Origin: Dickeya dadantii NCPPB 898
Lineage (GTDB): Bacteria; Pseudomonadota; Gammaproteobacteria; Enterobacterales; Enterobacteriaceae
Assembly (NCBI RefSeq): GCF_000406145.1
Contig: NZ_CM001976.1
Coordinates: 1,982,161 to 2,014,160, forward strand
Reading direction: 5' to 3'
DNA length: 32,000 bases
The notes under the pieces are model-generated. The model made no database searches. It was not told the DNA's origin and worked only from the letters and a program-made list of their open reading frames with translations. Of the stretch, positions 8,847-17,276 are shown piece after piece (the first letter of the stretch is position 1; each line of letters opens with the position of its first letter). Both the position numbers and the translations under genes were made by a program.

Positions 8847-9380
8847 TTACAGGTCGTCCTTGGTGATGCCACGGGTGACCGGTGCGGCGGTTGGGCCGGC
8901 GCTGACGCTGTTTTCGGCGTTGTACACCAGGTAGATATTCTTCCGATTGTCGATGCCGTTGTCGAACACCAGCGTGATGTTGTTCTTGTCGAACCGGGCG
9001 GTCACACGGGAATTAGGCTTGTTCATGAAGGTATCGACATCACTGGCGGACAACGGTGTGGTCATGCCGTATTTGCTCTTCAGTCCTTCCACGACGCTGG
9101 GCACGTCGGCCAGCGCGATCGAAATCGCCAGACGGTTGAACTTGTCACTGCTGAAACTGAAGATCGCCTGGGTTTTTTTGTCGGCGAAACCGAAATCCGG
9201 GCAGGTATACACGGTCTGCCCCATAATCATTTCCGGGCCGCGCAGTGAACAGTTGGCCTGCTGTCGGATGGTGGCCGCGGAGGCGCCGAATTTCAGGTTT
9301 TTGTAGCCGTCGGCGGCGGATGCCGTCAGCGACAGCAGCGACAGGGTAAGCGCCAGCAAGGGGGGATATGGCCTGTTCAT
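8847..9380 (-). CDS. Hypothetical exported protein
   Basis: Signal peptide MNRPYPPLLALTLSLLSLTASA|AD. Composition and codon usage are typical of the host. I recognise no family. Confidence 0.6.
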   Translation of the reverse strand: MNRPYPPLLALTLSLLSLTASAADGYKNLKFGASAATIRQQANCSLRGPEMIMGQTVYTCPDFGFADKKTQAIFSFSSDKFNRLAISIALADVPSVVEGLKSKYGMTTPLSASDVDTFMNKPNSRVTARFDKNNITLVFDNGIDNRKNIYLVYNAENSVSAGPTAAPVTRGITKDDL

Positions 9381-9922
9381 GAGAACCCTCGTGATTGTAT
9401 GTTGCTATGATATTGTGCGTTGCAATGGTACTGGGCCTCGCGCCTGACGGGGGGACAGGAACCGTACGGGCTTGGCGGTGATAATACGTCTATCTTACGT
9501 CGACTGCCGGATTCTCAGAACGATTTATTTGCTATGGCTAAACGTTGCTCGGGCGCTCAGAAACGATCCCAGGGAACCAGCAGCAGCACCAGTTCAATCA
9601 CAACCACCACAATCAGCAGCGCAATCAGCTTCTTACGCCATAACCAGTCATCGAACTGCATTGTTGTTTTTCCCGCGTTATAGTCGATATCTCCACGTAC
9701 TCTAGCGAGTTTTCCCGGCGGATACGACCGCCAGCGGGATGGCGGTGATCATTCCTGAACCGCGCCTTATCGCATTCGGCGCCAGAGTGCGGCGAATCGG
9801 ACGTTGATAGCGACGCTGGATTAGCCGTTTTTTTGCTAACCTTATGCGATTTACGCGCTTTGGTAAGCCTGCTCCCCGGTGCAATATTCGAATTTTTATC
9901 ATTCCAGGGGAAGTAAAACACA

Positions 9923-11482
9923 ATGCGTAAATTGGCCTTTTCAGCATGGGCGGCGGCCATGATGCTGTCGTTGGGCGTTAGCGGTCAGGCCGCGGCGGAG
10001 ACGACAGCCAACGCGGGCGGCAATCTGATCATCGGCATCACCAGCGGTGACCCGCTGGTGATGAATCCGCTGTATGCCAGCGACCGAACCACGCTCACCA
10101 TCATGCAGGCGCTGTATTCGCCGCTGTACAGCTACAACGAGGGTAAGGTGGAGTGGGGGCTGGCGGAAAGTCTGACGCCATCAGCCGATAACCGGACCTA
10201 CACGCTGAAACTCAAACCCGGCCTGAAGTGGCAGGATGGGCAAGCCATCACGGCCGATGATGTGGTGTTCACCTTCAATAAACTGCTGGATGAGAACCAA
10301 CATAGCTTTTTCCGCAGCATGTTTGTGTACAACAACCAGCCGGTGGCGGTCAGCAAGGTGGACGACCTGACGGTGAAATTCACGCTGCCGCAAGTCAGCG
10401 CCGCCTTTGCCGGTTCGCTGGTGCAGATTTACCCCATCCCTCAGCATGTTTTTGCCAACGAAGCGGATTTATCGAAAAGCGCCAAAAACGATGCGCCGGT
10501 TGGTTCTGGTCCGTTCAAATTCGGTGAATACCGCTCCGGTCAGTACTATGCGCTGAGTCGTTTTGATGAGTACTGGAACGGCAAGCCGAAGCTGGAGGCG
10601 GTGACGTATCGCTTCGCCAGAGATGCCAACGCCGCCAGGCTGGCGATGCAGAATGGCGAAATCAACCTCAAGCTGATCGACCCGCAGGACGTCAGGCCGC
10701 TCAAGGCCACCGGCCGCTTTGACTTCATCATCTATCCGGAGGGCCGTCTGGCTTACATGGTGTTCAACCAGAACGTCGACAGCATGAAGAACAAAGCGCT
10801 GCGTCAGGCGATCGCCTATGCCATCAACAAGGACGAACTGGTGCAGACTGCGTTTACCTCGCTGGATTACGCCAAACCCGCCAATTCGATTCTGACGCCG
10901 GATACGCTCTACCAGACCGGGGATGTCGAGGCGTATCCCTACAACCTCGATAAGGCCAAAGCGCTGTTCCGCGAGTCCGGTCAGCCGCAGGGGCTGAAAC
11001 TGCGGCTGGCGTATATCAACGCCAACAAAACGCAGGAGAGCATGGGGCTGTATATCCAGCAGCAGCTCAAGGGTATCGGCATCAATGTGGAGTTACTGCC
11101 GCTGGACGCCAACGCCATGTCGCAAAAAGGGCGCGACAAGAACAACACCGCCTACGAACTGAGTCTGGGCGGGTACATCATGGGCGCCGAGCCGGACGGC
11201 TACAAGTCGCTGTTCATGAGCAACGAAGATTACAACTACGCGCACTACAAGAACCCGGCGTTTGACGCGCTGTGGGACAACGGCGCCGTCGAAACCGACG
11301 CGGGCCGGCGCGCGGCGATCTATAAGGATATTCAGCAGACGGTGGCAAACGAGATGGTCTGGTATCCGATCGCCTACACCAACGCGGTGGTGGCGGTAGA
11401 CAAACGCTTTGGCGGTACGCAGGAAGCGGAGCCGAAACCGGTCTACCTGTTCCAGGATTTGTCGAAAATCTATCAGCAATAA
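9923..11482 (+). CDS. ABC transporter substrate-binding protein, family 5 (peptide/nickel/opine type)
   Basis: Signal peptide ending GQAAA|ET. The 519-aa length and overall pattern fit the DppA/OppA/NikA-like SBP_bac_5 family. It is the first gene of a five-gene importer operon. Confidence 0.9.
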   Translation: MRKLAFSAWAAAMMLSLGVSGQAAAETTANAGGNLIIGITSGDPLVMNPLYASDRTTLTIMQALYSPLYSYNEGKVEWGLAESLTPSADNRTYTLKLKPGLKWQDGQAITADDVVFTFNKLLDENQHSFFRSMFVYNNQPVAVSKVDDLTVKFTLPQVSAAFAGSLVQIYPIPQHVFANEADLSKSAKNDAPVGSGPFKFGEYRSGQYYALSRFDEYWNGKPKLEAVTYRFARDANAARLAMQNGEINLKLIDPQDVRPLKATGRFDFIIYPEGRLAYMVFNQNVDSMKNKALRQAIAYAINKDELVQTAFTSLDYAKPANSILTPDTLYQTGDVEAYPYNLDKAKALFRESGQPQGLKLRLAYINANKTQESMGLYIQQQLKGIGINVELLPLDANAMSQKGRDKNNTAYELSLGGYIMGAEPDGYKSLFMSNEDYNYAHYKNPAFDALWDNGAVETDAGRRAAIYKDIQQTVANEMVWYPIAYTNAVVAVDKRFGGTQEAEPKPVYLFQDLSKIYQQ

Positions 11483-11565
11483 TCTCCCCCGGCCGTTCGC
11501 CGCGACGGCGGGCGGCAATATGTGCGAAGACTCATGGATAACATTAATCGTGGATAACATTACTT

Positions 11566-12519
11566 GTGGATAAGATCGTGGCGCGTCGGCTTGTGCAACT
11601 GTTGCCGATGCTGTTTTTTATTTCACTGGTGTCGTTTCTGCTGGTGAAGCTGGCGCCGGGCGACCCGGTGCAGGCGTATATCACGCCGCGTATGAGCCAG
11701 GATGACATCGAGCGGGTGCGCCATAGCCTCGGGTTAGACCGGCCGCTGGCGATGCAGTACCTGTTGTGGCTGAAAAACGTGGCGCGCGGCGATCTGGGCT
11801 ATTCGCTGATTTCCCACCGCCCGGTGCTGACCCTGATCGTCGAGCGGCTGCCGGCGACGCTCGGCCTGATGGGCGCGTCGATGCTGCTGGCGGTGGCGAT
11901 CGCCATATCGTTCGGGTTGCTGGCGGGCGCGTTCCGGCACCGCTGGCTGGATCATTTGCTCAATCTGGTGGCGTACATCGGTATTTCGGTGCCGATTTTC
12001 TGGTTCGGTATTCTGCTGATCATCATTTTTTCGGTCCAGCTTAACTGGTTGCCGAGCATGGGAATGCGTACCGTCGGGGCGGCGGATTCCTGGTTAGACG
12101 TGGTGCGGCACGGCGTGCTGCCGTGCGTGGCGTTGACCTTTTACAACCTGTCGCACTATGTGCGTTACATCCGCTCCCACACCATCACGCAACTCTCCGC
12201 TGACTACGTGCAAACGCAACTGGCGTATGGCGCAACGCGCGCGCATATCCTGTTTCGGCATGTGCTGAAAAACGTGATGTTGCCGGTTATCACCCTGTTC
12301 GGTCTGTCGTTTTCTGAACTGGTGGTAGGCGCTTATGTGACGGAAAGCGTGTTCTCCTGGCCGGGAATGGGATTGCTGGGCCTTCAGTCCATCACGTCAT
12401 TGGATTACCCGCTGATCATGGCGATGGTGATGCTGTCGGCCTGCATGCTGGTGATCGGCAATTTGCTGGCGGATGTACTGTATCGCGTGGCCGATCCGCG
12501 CATCAAGGCAATGAGGTAA
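11566..12519 (+). CDS. ABC transporter permease (DppB/OppB-like)
   Basis: The N-terminus IVARRLVQLLPMLFFISLVSFLLVKLAPGDP is typical of DppB-type permeases, and there are six TM segments. GTG start. Confidence 0.9.
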   Translation: MDKIVARRLVQLLPMLFFISLVSFLLVKLAPGDPVQAYITPRMSQDDIERVRHSLGLDRPLAMQYLLWLKNVARGDLGYSLISHRPVLTLIVERLPATLGLMGASMLLAVAIAISFGLLAGAFRHRWLDHLLNLVAYIGISVPIFWFGILLIIIFSVQLNWLPSMGMRTVGAADSWLDVVRHGVLPCVALTFYNLSHYVRYIRSHTITQLSADYVQTQLAYGATRAHILFRHVLKNVMLPVITLFGLSFSELVVGAYVTESVFSWPGMGLLGLQSITSLDYPLIMAMVMLSACMLVIGNLLADVLYRVADPRIKAMR

Positions 12520-12524
12520 GGCTG

Positions 12525-13370
12525 ATGGGAAGACGTTGGCAACAGGCAAGACAACAGCTGCGCCGCAACCGGCCGGCGCAGCTGGCGCTGGCGGTTCTGG
12601 CGGTGTTCGGCGCGACGTCGGCGCTGGCGTGGCTCAGCCCGTGGGACCCGAACGCCATGGCGATTCAGGCGCGGATGCTGCCGCCGGATGGCGCACACTG
12701 GTTCGGCACCGATGAATACGGCCGGGATTATTTTACCCGCGCGCTCTACGGCGGGCAGATTTCGCTGATGGTGGGCGTGCTGGCGATGGTGTTTTCCACC
12801 CTGATCGGCACGTTGGTGGGGACCGTCAGCGGTTACATTGGCGGCCGTCTGGATACGGTGCTGATGCGGGCGGTGGATATGCTGATGTCGATCCCGGCCT
12901 TCTTTCTGCTGCTGGTGTTGAATGCTTATCTTAAGCCGGGGGTCGCCAACATTATTCTGATCATCAGCGCGCTGACCTGGATGAGCCTGTCGAGGCTGGT
13001 GCGGGCGGAAACCCTGTCGCTGAAAGAGCGGGAGTATGTGCTGTACGCGCGCGCCTCCGGTGAACGGGCGTGGCGCATCATCCTGCGTCACATCATCCCC
13101 AATATTCTGCCCACCATTATGGTGGCGGCGACGCTGAATATCGCCTCGGCGATCCTGATGGAGTCCACGCTCAGCTTCCTCGGGCTGGGCGTGCAGCAGC
13201 CTAACGCCTCCTGGGGCAGTATGCTCAACAACGCGCAGGCGTATATTGGCGACGCCACCTGGCTGGCGCTGTTCCCCGGCGTGCTGATTCTGCTGACGGT
13301 GCTCAGTTTTAATGTGCTGGGCGATGTGTTTCGCACCGCGTTTGAACCGGGAGCGCAACGTGATGAATGA
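12525..13370 (+). CDS. ABC transporter permease (DppC/OppC-like)
   Basis: The HWFGTDEYGRDYFTRALYG motif is typical of DppC/OppC N-termini. It starts 5 nt after the previous stop. Confidence 0.9.
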   Translation: MGRRWQQARQQLRRNRPAQLALAVLAVFGATSALAWLSPWDPNAMAIQARMLPPDGAHWFGTDEYGRDYFTRALYGGQISLMVGVLAMVFSTLIGTLVGTVSGYIGGRLDTVLMRAVDMLMSIPAFFLLLVLNAYLKPGVANIILIISALTWMSLSRLVRAETLSLKEREYVLYARASGERAWRIILRHIIPNILPTIMVAATLNIASAILMESTLSFLGLGVQQPNASWGSMLNNAQAYIGDATWLALFPGVLILLTVLSFNVLGDVFRTAFEPGAQRDE

Positions 13371-14364
13371 GGCCGTGATGAGCCATCCATTATTGGCGAT
13401 TGAAAACCTGCGTACCTCCTTTTTTACCCGCGCGGGGGAAGTGCAGGCGGTGCGCGGCGTCAGCTTCAGCGTTAACGAGGGGGAAATCGTCGGTATCGTC
13501 GGTGAATCTGGCTGCGGGAAAAGCGTCACCTGTAAATCGGTGATTCACCTGCTGGGCGGCAATGGGCGTATCGTGGGCGGGCAGATCCGCTTTCGCGGCG
13601 ACGATCTGGCCGGTTACAGTCCGCAGGCGCTGCGTCGATTACGCGGCAACGATATCGCTATGATTTTTCAGGACTCAATGACCGCGCTTAATCCAGTGCT
13701 GACGGTTGGGCGGCAGATGCGTGACATCCTGATGCGCAATCAGCAACTCGATAAAAAAACCGCCCGACTACGGGCGATCGCCATGTTACAGCAGGTGGGC
13801 ATCGCCCATGCCGAGCAGCGCTACGATCAGTATCCCCACGAATTCAGCGGCGGCATGCGCCAGCGGGTGATGATCGCCATCGCGTTGTCCTGCCATCCGG
13901 CGCTGCTGATTGCCGATGAGCCTACCACCGCGCTGGACGTCACGATTCAGGCGCAGATTCTGCGCTTGCTTAAGCAACTGCAACGGCAGACCGGCGCCGC
14001 CATCATGCTGATTACCCACGATTTGGGAGTAGTCGCGCAGCTTTGCTCGCGGGTGGTGGTGATGTATGGCGGTCTGGTGATGGAAGAAGGACGCGTGGAA
14101 GATATTTTCTACCGACCGGCGCACCCTTACACCCGGGGATTGCTGGCGTCGTTGCCACGGCATGACGCCGCGCGTCAGCGGTTATCGCCAATTGAGGGCG
14201 TTCCGCCGGGACTGTTGGAACCGCCGACAGGCTGCCCGTTTGCCGCGCGTTGCCCACAACGTATGGACATATGCGCCCAGCAGCCGGACCGGCGGCAGTG
14301 CGGCGATAGTCACTGGGTGCGGTGCTGGCTGGCGGATTCCGCGGAGGTGCAGCATGCCGAGTAA
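13363..14364 (+). CDS. ABC transporter ATP-binding protein (DppD/OppD-like)
   Basis: The ATG at 13363 overlaps the permease stop. Walker [10 protein letters not shown], signature [12 protein letters not shown], Walker [12 protein letters not shown] and a C-terminal oligopeptide-transporter domain containing GCPFAARCP. The listed start at 13312 lies inside the upstream gene. Confidence 0.9.
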   Translation: MNEAVMSHPLLAIENLRTSFFTRAGEVQAVRGVSFSVNEGEIVGIVGESGCGKSVTCKSVIHLLGGNGRIVGGQIRFRGDDLAGYSPQALRRLRGNDIAMIFQDSMTALNPVLTVGRQMRDILMRNQQLDKKTARLRAIAMLQQVGIAHAEQRYDQYPHEFSGGMRQRVMIAIALSCHPALLIADEPTTALDVTIQAQILRLLKQLQRQTGAAIMLITHDLGVVAQLCSRVVVMYGGLVMEEGRVEDIFYRPAHPYTRGLLASLPRHDAARQRLSPIEGVPPGLLEPPTGCPFAARCPQRMDICAQQPDRRQCGDSHWVRCWLADSAEVQHAE

Positions 14365-15346
14365 CCGACAACCGCTGTTGCGTATCCGCGATCTCAAAAA
14401 GTATTACGACATGCGCCGGGGCTGGCGCAAACAAGGCGAGCCGGTGCGGGCGCTGGATGGCGTCAGTTTTGACATCTGGCCGGGCGAAACCTACGGGCTG
14501 GTGGGGGAGTCCGGCTGCGGCAAGTCGACCCTCGGGCGCAGCCTGCTGCGACTGGTCGAGATTACCGCCGGTGAGATCCAGTTTGACGGCGAGCTTATCA
14601 GCGCGTTACCGGAAGCGGCGCTAAAGCCATTTCGCCGGCGTGTACAGGCTATCTTTCAGGATCCTTATTCCTCACTCAATCCAGGAATGACGGTGGCGCA
14701 ACTGATCGCCGAACCGATGCAAATTCACGGCTATGCGCGGGATGAGCGACAGGCGCGCACGCTGGCGTTGCTGGCGCGGGTGGGGCTGAAGGCGGAGCAT
14801 TTGCCGCGTTTTCCCCATGAATTCAGCGGCGGACAACGGCAGCGCATTGGCATTGCCCGGGCGTTGTCGGTGAATCCGCAATTCGTGGTGTGCGATGAGC
14901 CGCTGTCGGCGCTGGATGTGTCGGTGCAGGCACAGGTGGTTAATCTGCTACAGGATCTGCAACAGGAACGGGGGCTGACGTATCTGTTTATCGCCCATGA
15001 CCTGTCGATGGTGCGCCATATTTCGGATCGGATTGGGGTGATGTATCAGGGGCGGCTGGTCGAGGAAGCGCCGGCGGAACAGTTGTATCGCCATCCGGCA
15101 CACCCATACACCCGCATGCTGCTGGCATCCATCCCGATACCGGACCCGCGAGCGCAGGCACCGGATGAGCCGGTTGCCGCCGAGCCGGACGAGCCTGCGC
15201 CGGCGATGGCTGGCTGCCCGTTCTATGCCCGCTGCATGCTGGCGAGCGAACCGTGCCGCATCGCCGCGCCGCCGTTACGCGAGCTCGACGCCGGGCACCG
15301 GGTGGCCTGCTGGCACGCGGTGCAGGAACCAGCAAGCCAGCAGTGA
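14354..15346 (+). CDS. ABC transporter ATP-binding protein (DppF/OppF-like)
   Basis: The ATG at 14354 overlaps the previous stop (ATGCCGAGTAA). Walker [10 protein letters not shown], signature FSGGQRQRIGIA, Walker B VVCDEPLSALD and a C-terminal GCPFYARC motif. The listed start at 14162 is an upstream in-frame extension and is unlikely. Confidence 0.9.
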   Translation: MPSNRQPLLRIRDLKKYYDMRRGWRKQGEPVRALDGVSFDIWPGETYGLVGESGCGKSTLGRSLLRLVEITAGEIQFDGELISALPEAALKPFRRRVQAIFQDPYSSLNPGMTVAQLIAEPMQIHGYARDERQARTLALLARVGLKAEHLPRFPHEFSGGQRQRIGIARALSVNPQFVVCDEPLSALDVSVQAQVVNLLQDLQQERGLTYLFIAHDLSMVRHISDRIGVMYQGRLVEEAPAEQLYRHPAHPYTRMLLASIPIPDPRAQAPDEPVAAEPDEPAPAMAGCPFYARCMLASEPCRIAAPPLRELDAGHRVACWHAVQEPASQQ

Positions 15347-15361
15347 TAATGGGCGCTGCTG

Positions 15362-15670
15362 GTGTTGGCCCGGCTGGCGCAAACGCTCGAACCGGTTCGC
15401 TTCAATGCGCTGAAACGCGGCATCAAGGGGATAACGCAAAAAATGCTTACCCAAACATTGCGTAAACTGGAGCGCGACGGGCTGATTTCACGCAAGGTGT
15501 TTAACACCGTACCTGTAACCGTAGAGTATGCCTTGACGCCATTGGGCTACACACTGACGGAAACCGTTGCCACGTTGGCGCACTGGGCGGAGAAGAATAT
15601 TGACGCCGTACTAACGGCTCAGGCGGCGTGGGATGCCCGCCAGCAAGCGGCATCCGACGCGGAAGCCTGA
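15362..15670 (+). CDS. HxlR-family winged-helix transcriptional regulator, apparently 5-prime truncated
   Basis: RFNALKRGIKGITQKMLTQTLRKLERDGLISRKVFNTVPVTVEYALTPLG is the HxlR wHTH core. The frame is open only from the TAA at 15347-15349, so the usual N-terminal segment of about 20-25 aa (C...IGGKW) is missing. The only available start is the GTG at 15362. Confidence 0.75.
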   Translation: MLARLAQTLEPVRFNALKRGIKGITQKMLTQTLRKLERDGLISRKVFNTVPVTVEYALTPLGYTLTETVATLAHWAEKNIDAVLTAQAAWDARQQAASDAEA

Positions 15671-15684
15671 TGTGATGCTCATCG

Positions 15685-15725
15685 CTGTCGTCAGGCGATG
15701 GTATCCTGACACCGCCTGACGACAG
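15685..15725. terminator. Hairpin terminator between convergent genes
   Basis: The perfect 13-bp stem CTGTCGTCAGGCG / CGCCTGACGACAG has a 15-nt loop. It lies between the HxlR stop and the stop of the chagasin-like gene. Confidence 0.6.
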
Positions 15726-15732
15726 GGTGACG

Positions 15733-16098
15733 TTATTTCACCGTCACCTTAATAACCGCTTCTTTATCATCAGGTTGAGGCTGTTTTTCCCAGGGGCGGG
15801 CATAGGACAGGTCGATTTCGCCTTCACCGGCTTTCACCGCCTTGAAGTGAAACATTTCATGACCGCCGCATCCCACTTTGTCGTGGCAGTCTGCGCCGGG
15901 TTTGTAGGTTTTGCCGGTTAACACGGCGACGTCAGGCAACTTTTTAATCGCCCAGGTATAACCGGTGCTGGGATTGGCCGGCAGCGTCACTTCAAACTGC
16001 TCACCGACTTTGACTTCTTTATGCTGATTATCGACAGCGGGTGCCGCCATCACGCTCAATGGAAATAACAAACCAATTGCAAGGGCGAGTTTTTTCAT
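15733..16098 (-). CDS. Chagasin-family (MEROPS I42) cysteine-peptidase inhibitor, periplasmic
   Basis: Signal peptide MKKLALAIGLLFPLSVMA|AP. All three chagasin loop motifs are present: NPSTGYTW, GCGG and RPW. Confidence 0.85.
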   Translation of the reverse strand: MKKLALAIGLLFPLSVMAAPAVDNQHKEVKVGEQFEVTLPANPSTGYTWAIKKLPDVAVLTGKTYKPGADCHDKVGCGGHEMFHFKAVKAGEGEIDLSYARPWEKQPQPDDKEAVIKVTVK

Positions 16099-16573
16099 GC
16101 GTTACTCCAGAGATAATTATGAATGCAGTAAGATAGGGCCTGTATATGGGTGTTCATGGCCCCTGTTTTTGCATGAACAGGCAATGGTGCTCGCGGCGAT
16201 AATTAATGTAATACAAGGAAAAAATATTATTTTTCAATAATAAAAGTGATTGGGAGTTGGTTGATCGATAAATCATCTCTAATGGCATGCTCTTACCTCA
16301 CTAATAAGGTGGTTATAATGTCTTATAAGGATGGCATAAGTTTTTAAAATGGCAATAAACACTTTTTTATGTCGAGAGGACCGCTTTGGCGATGAGACTA
16401 TCCTTTCCATAAGGATATATTTTGTTTTTAAATCGTATCACATAAAATAATTCATTCTGTGTTTTTAATTTTGATGGTTTATTTTTTATCTTTATGATTC
16501 TTTGAGTGAAAGTTTTAAGTCGGTTGCAGCGAAAATATAAAAAGGCAATGACTGGCGAATTAAATAGCAGCCT

Positions 16574-16783
16574 TCAAATTATGCTTGTTTTGAAATCTTG
16601 AGCGTCTTGGTTTGCATCGGTTTTCAGGGCCAGGATCAGACGAAGCGCTTTACTTTCATCGATGTGGAAATGAGCTATTAATGGGATAGGCGCTAAACCC
16701 TTCACCGCATCGACCTCTTTATCCTTTTGTCGGTAGCAGAAATGGTGAAGGGTGTTATCAGCGTGAAAACCGTTAGTCATCAA
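16574..16783 (-). CDS. Hypothetical small protein
   Basis: 69 codons. The start overlaps the upstream DUF1304 gene stop by 4 nt (ATGA), which suggests translational coupling. I recognise no family. Confidence 0.45.
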   Translation of the reverse strand: MMTNGFHADNTLHHFCYRQKDKEVDAVKGLAPIPLIAHFHIDESKALRLILALKTDANQDAQDFKTSII

Positions 16784-17130
16784 CGAAAAAACAGGGCGAT
16801 TAACGCAGTCGATGCCGGTATCGCCTGAACGTAAAGTATTTTCCTGCTGGCCGTCACTGCACCAAAAATCCCGGCAATCAACACGCAGACCAGAAAAAAG
16901 ACAGTGACCTGAATTCCGCTTTCACCCAGCCATAATCCCCAAAGTAAACCTGCCGCCAGAAAGCCGTTATACAGCCCTTGATTTGCCGCTAACGTGCGGG
17001 TGCTGCGCGCAAAATCAGCATGGAGATTAAATGCTTTTCGACCGATTTCCGTATCCCACAAAAACATTTCGAGCACAAGAATATAGAGATGTATAACAGC
17101 AATAACTGCGACAAGGATATTGGCTAACAC
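16780..17130 (-). CDS. DUF1304-family membrane protein
   Basis: HLYILVLEMFLWDT...AANQGLYNGFLAAGLLWG matches the DUF1304 pattern as I recall it. There are four TM helices. Confidence 0.8.
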   Translation of the reverse strand: MLANILVAVIAVIHLYILVLEMFLWDTEIGRKAFNLHADFARSTRTLAANQGLYNGFLAAGLLWGLWLGESGIQVTVFFLVCVLIAGIFGAVTASRKILYVQAIPASTALIALFFR

Positions 17131-17276
17131 GGGGACCCCTAATGGATGAGAATAAGTACAGGGAAGTATAGATAATTATGGTAGGTGAGGCATTGGGTCT
17201 GAGCTAATACAGCTCAGTGAATCCAGATTGAACGCCTGGTATGCCGTAACACATACCAGGCGTTTTCATTTCAGAC

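Noticed and set aside
9420-9960. Several 77-111-aa ORFs on both strands in the intergenic region upstream of the substrate-binding protein gene
   Set aside because: They overlap one another, have no SD and give implausible low-complexity translations. Only the 34-codon hydrophobic ORF there seemed worth flagging.
12405-13529. 374-aa - strand ORF across the two permease genes, with similar antisense ORFs at 2353-3034, 3001-3408, 11093-11560, 13786-14434 and 14988-15507
   Set aside because: These are antisense shadow ORFs in GC-rich coding DNA. Their products are arginine/proline/histidine-rich nonsense, and the opposite strand carries clear ABC-transporter motifs.
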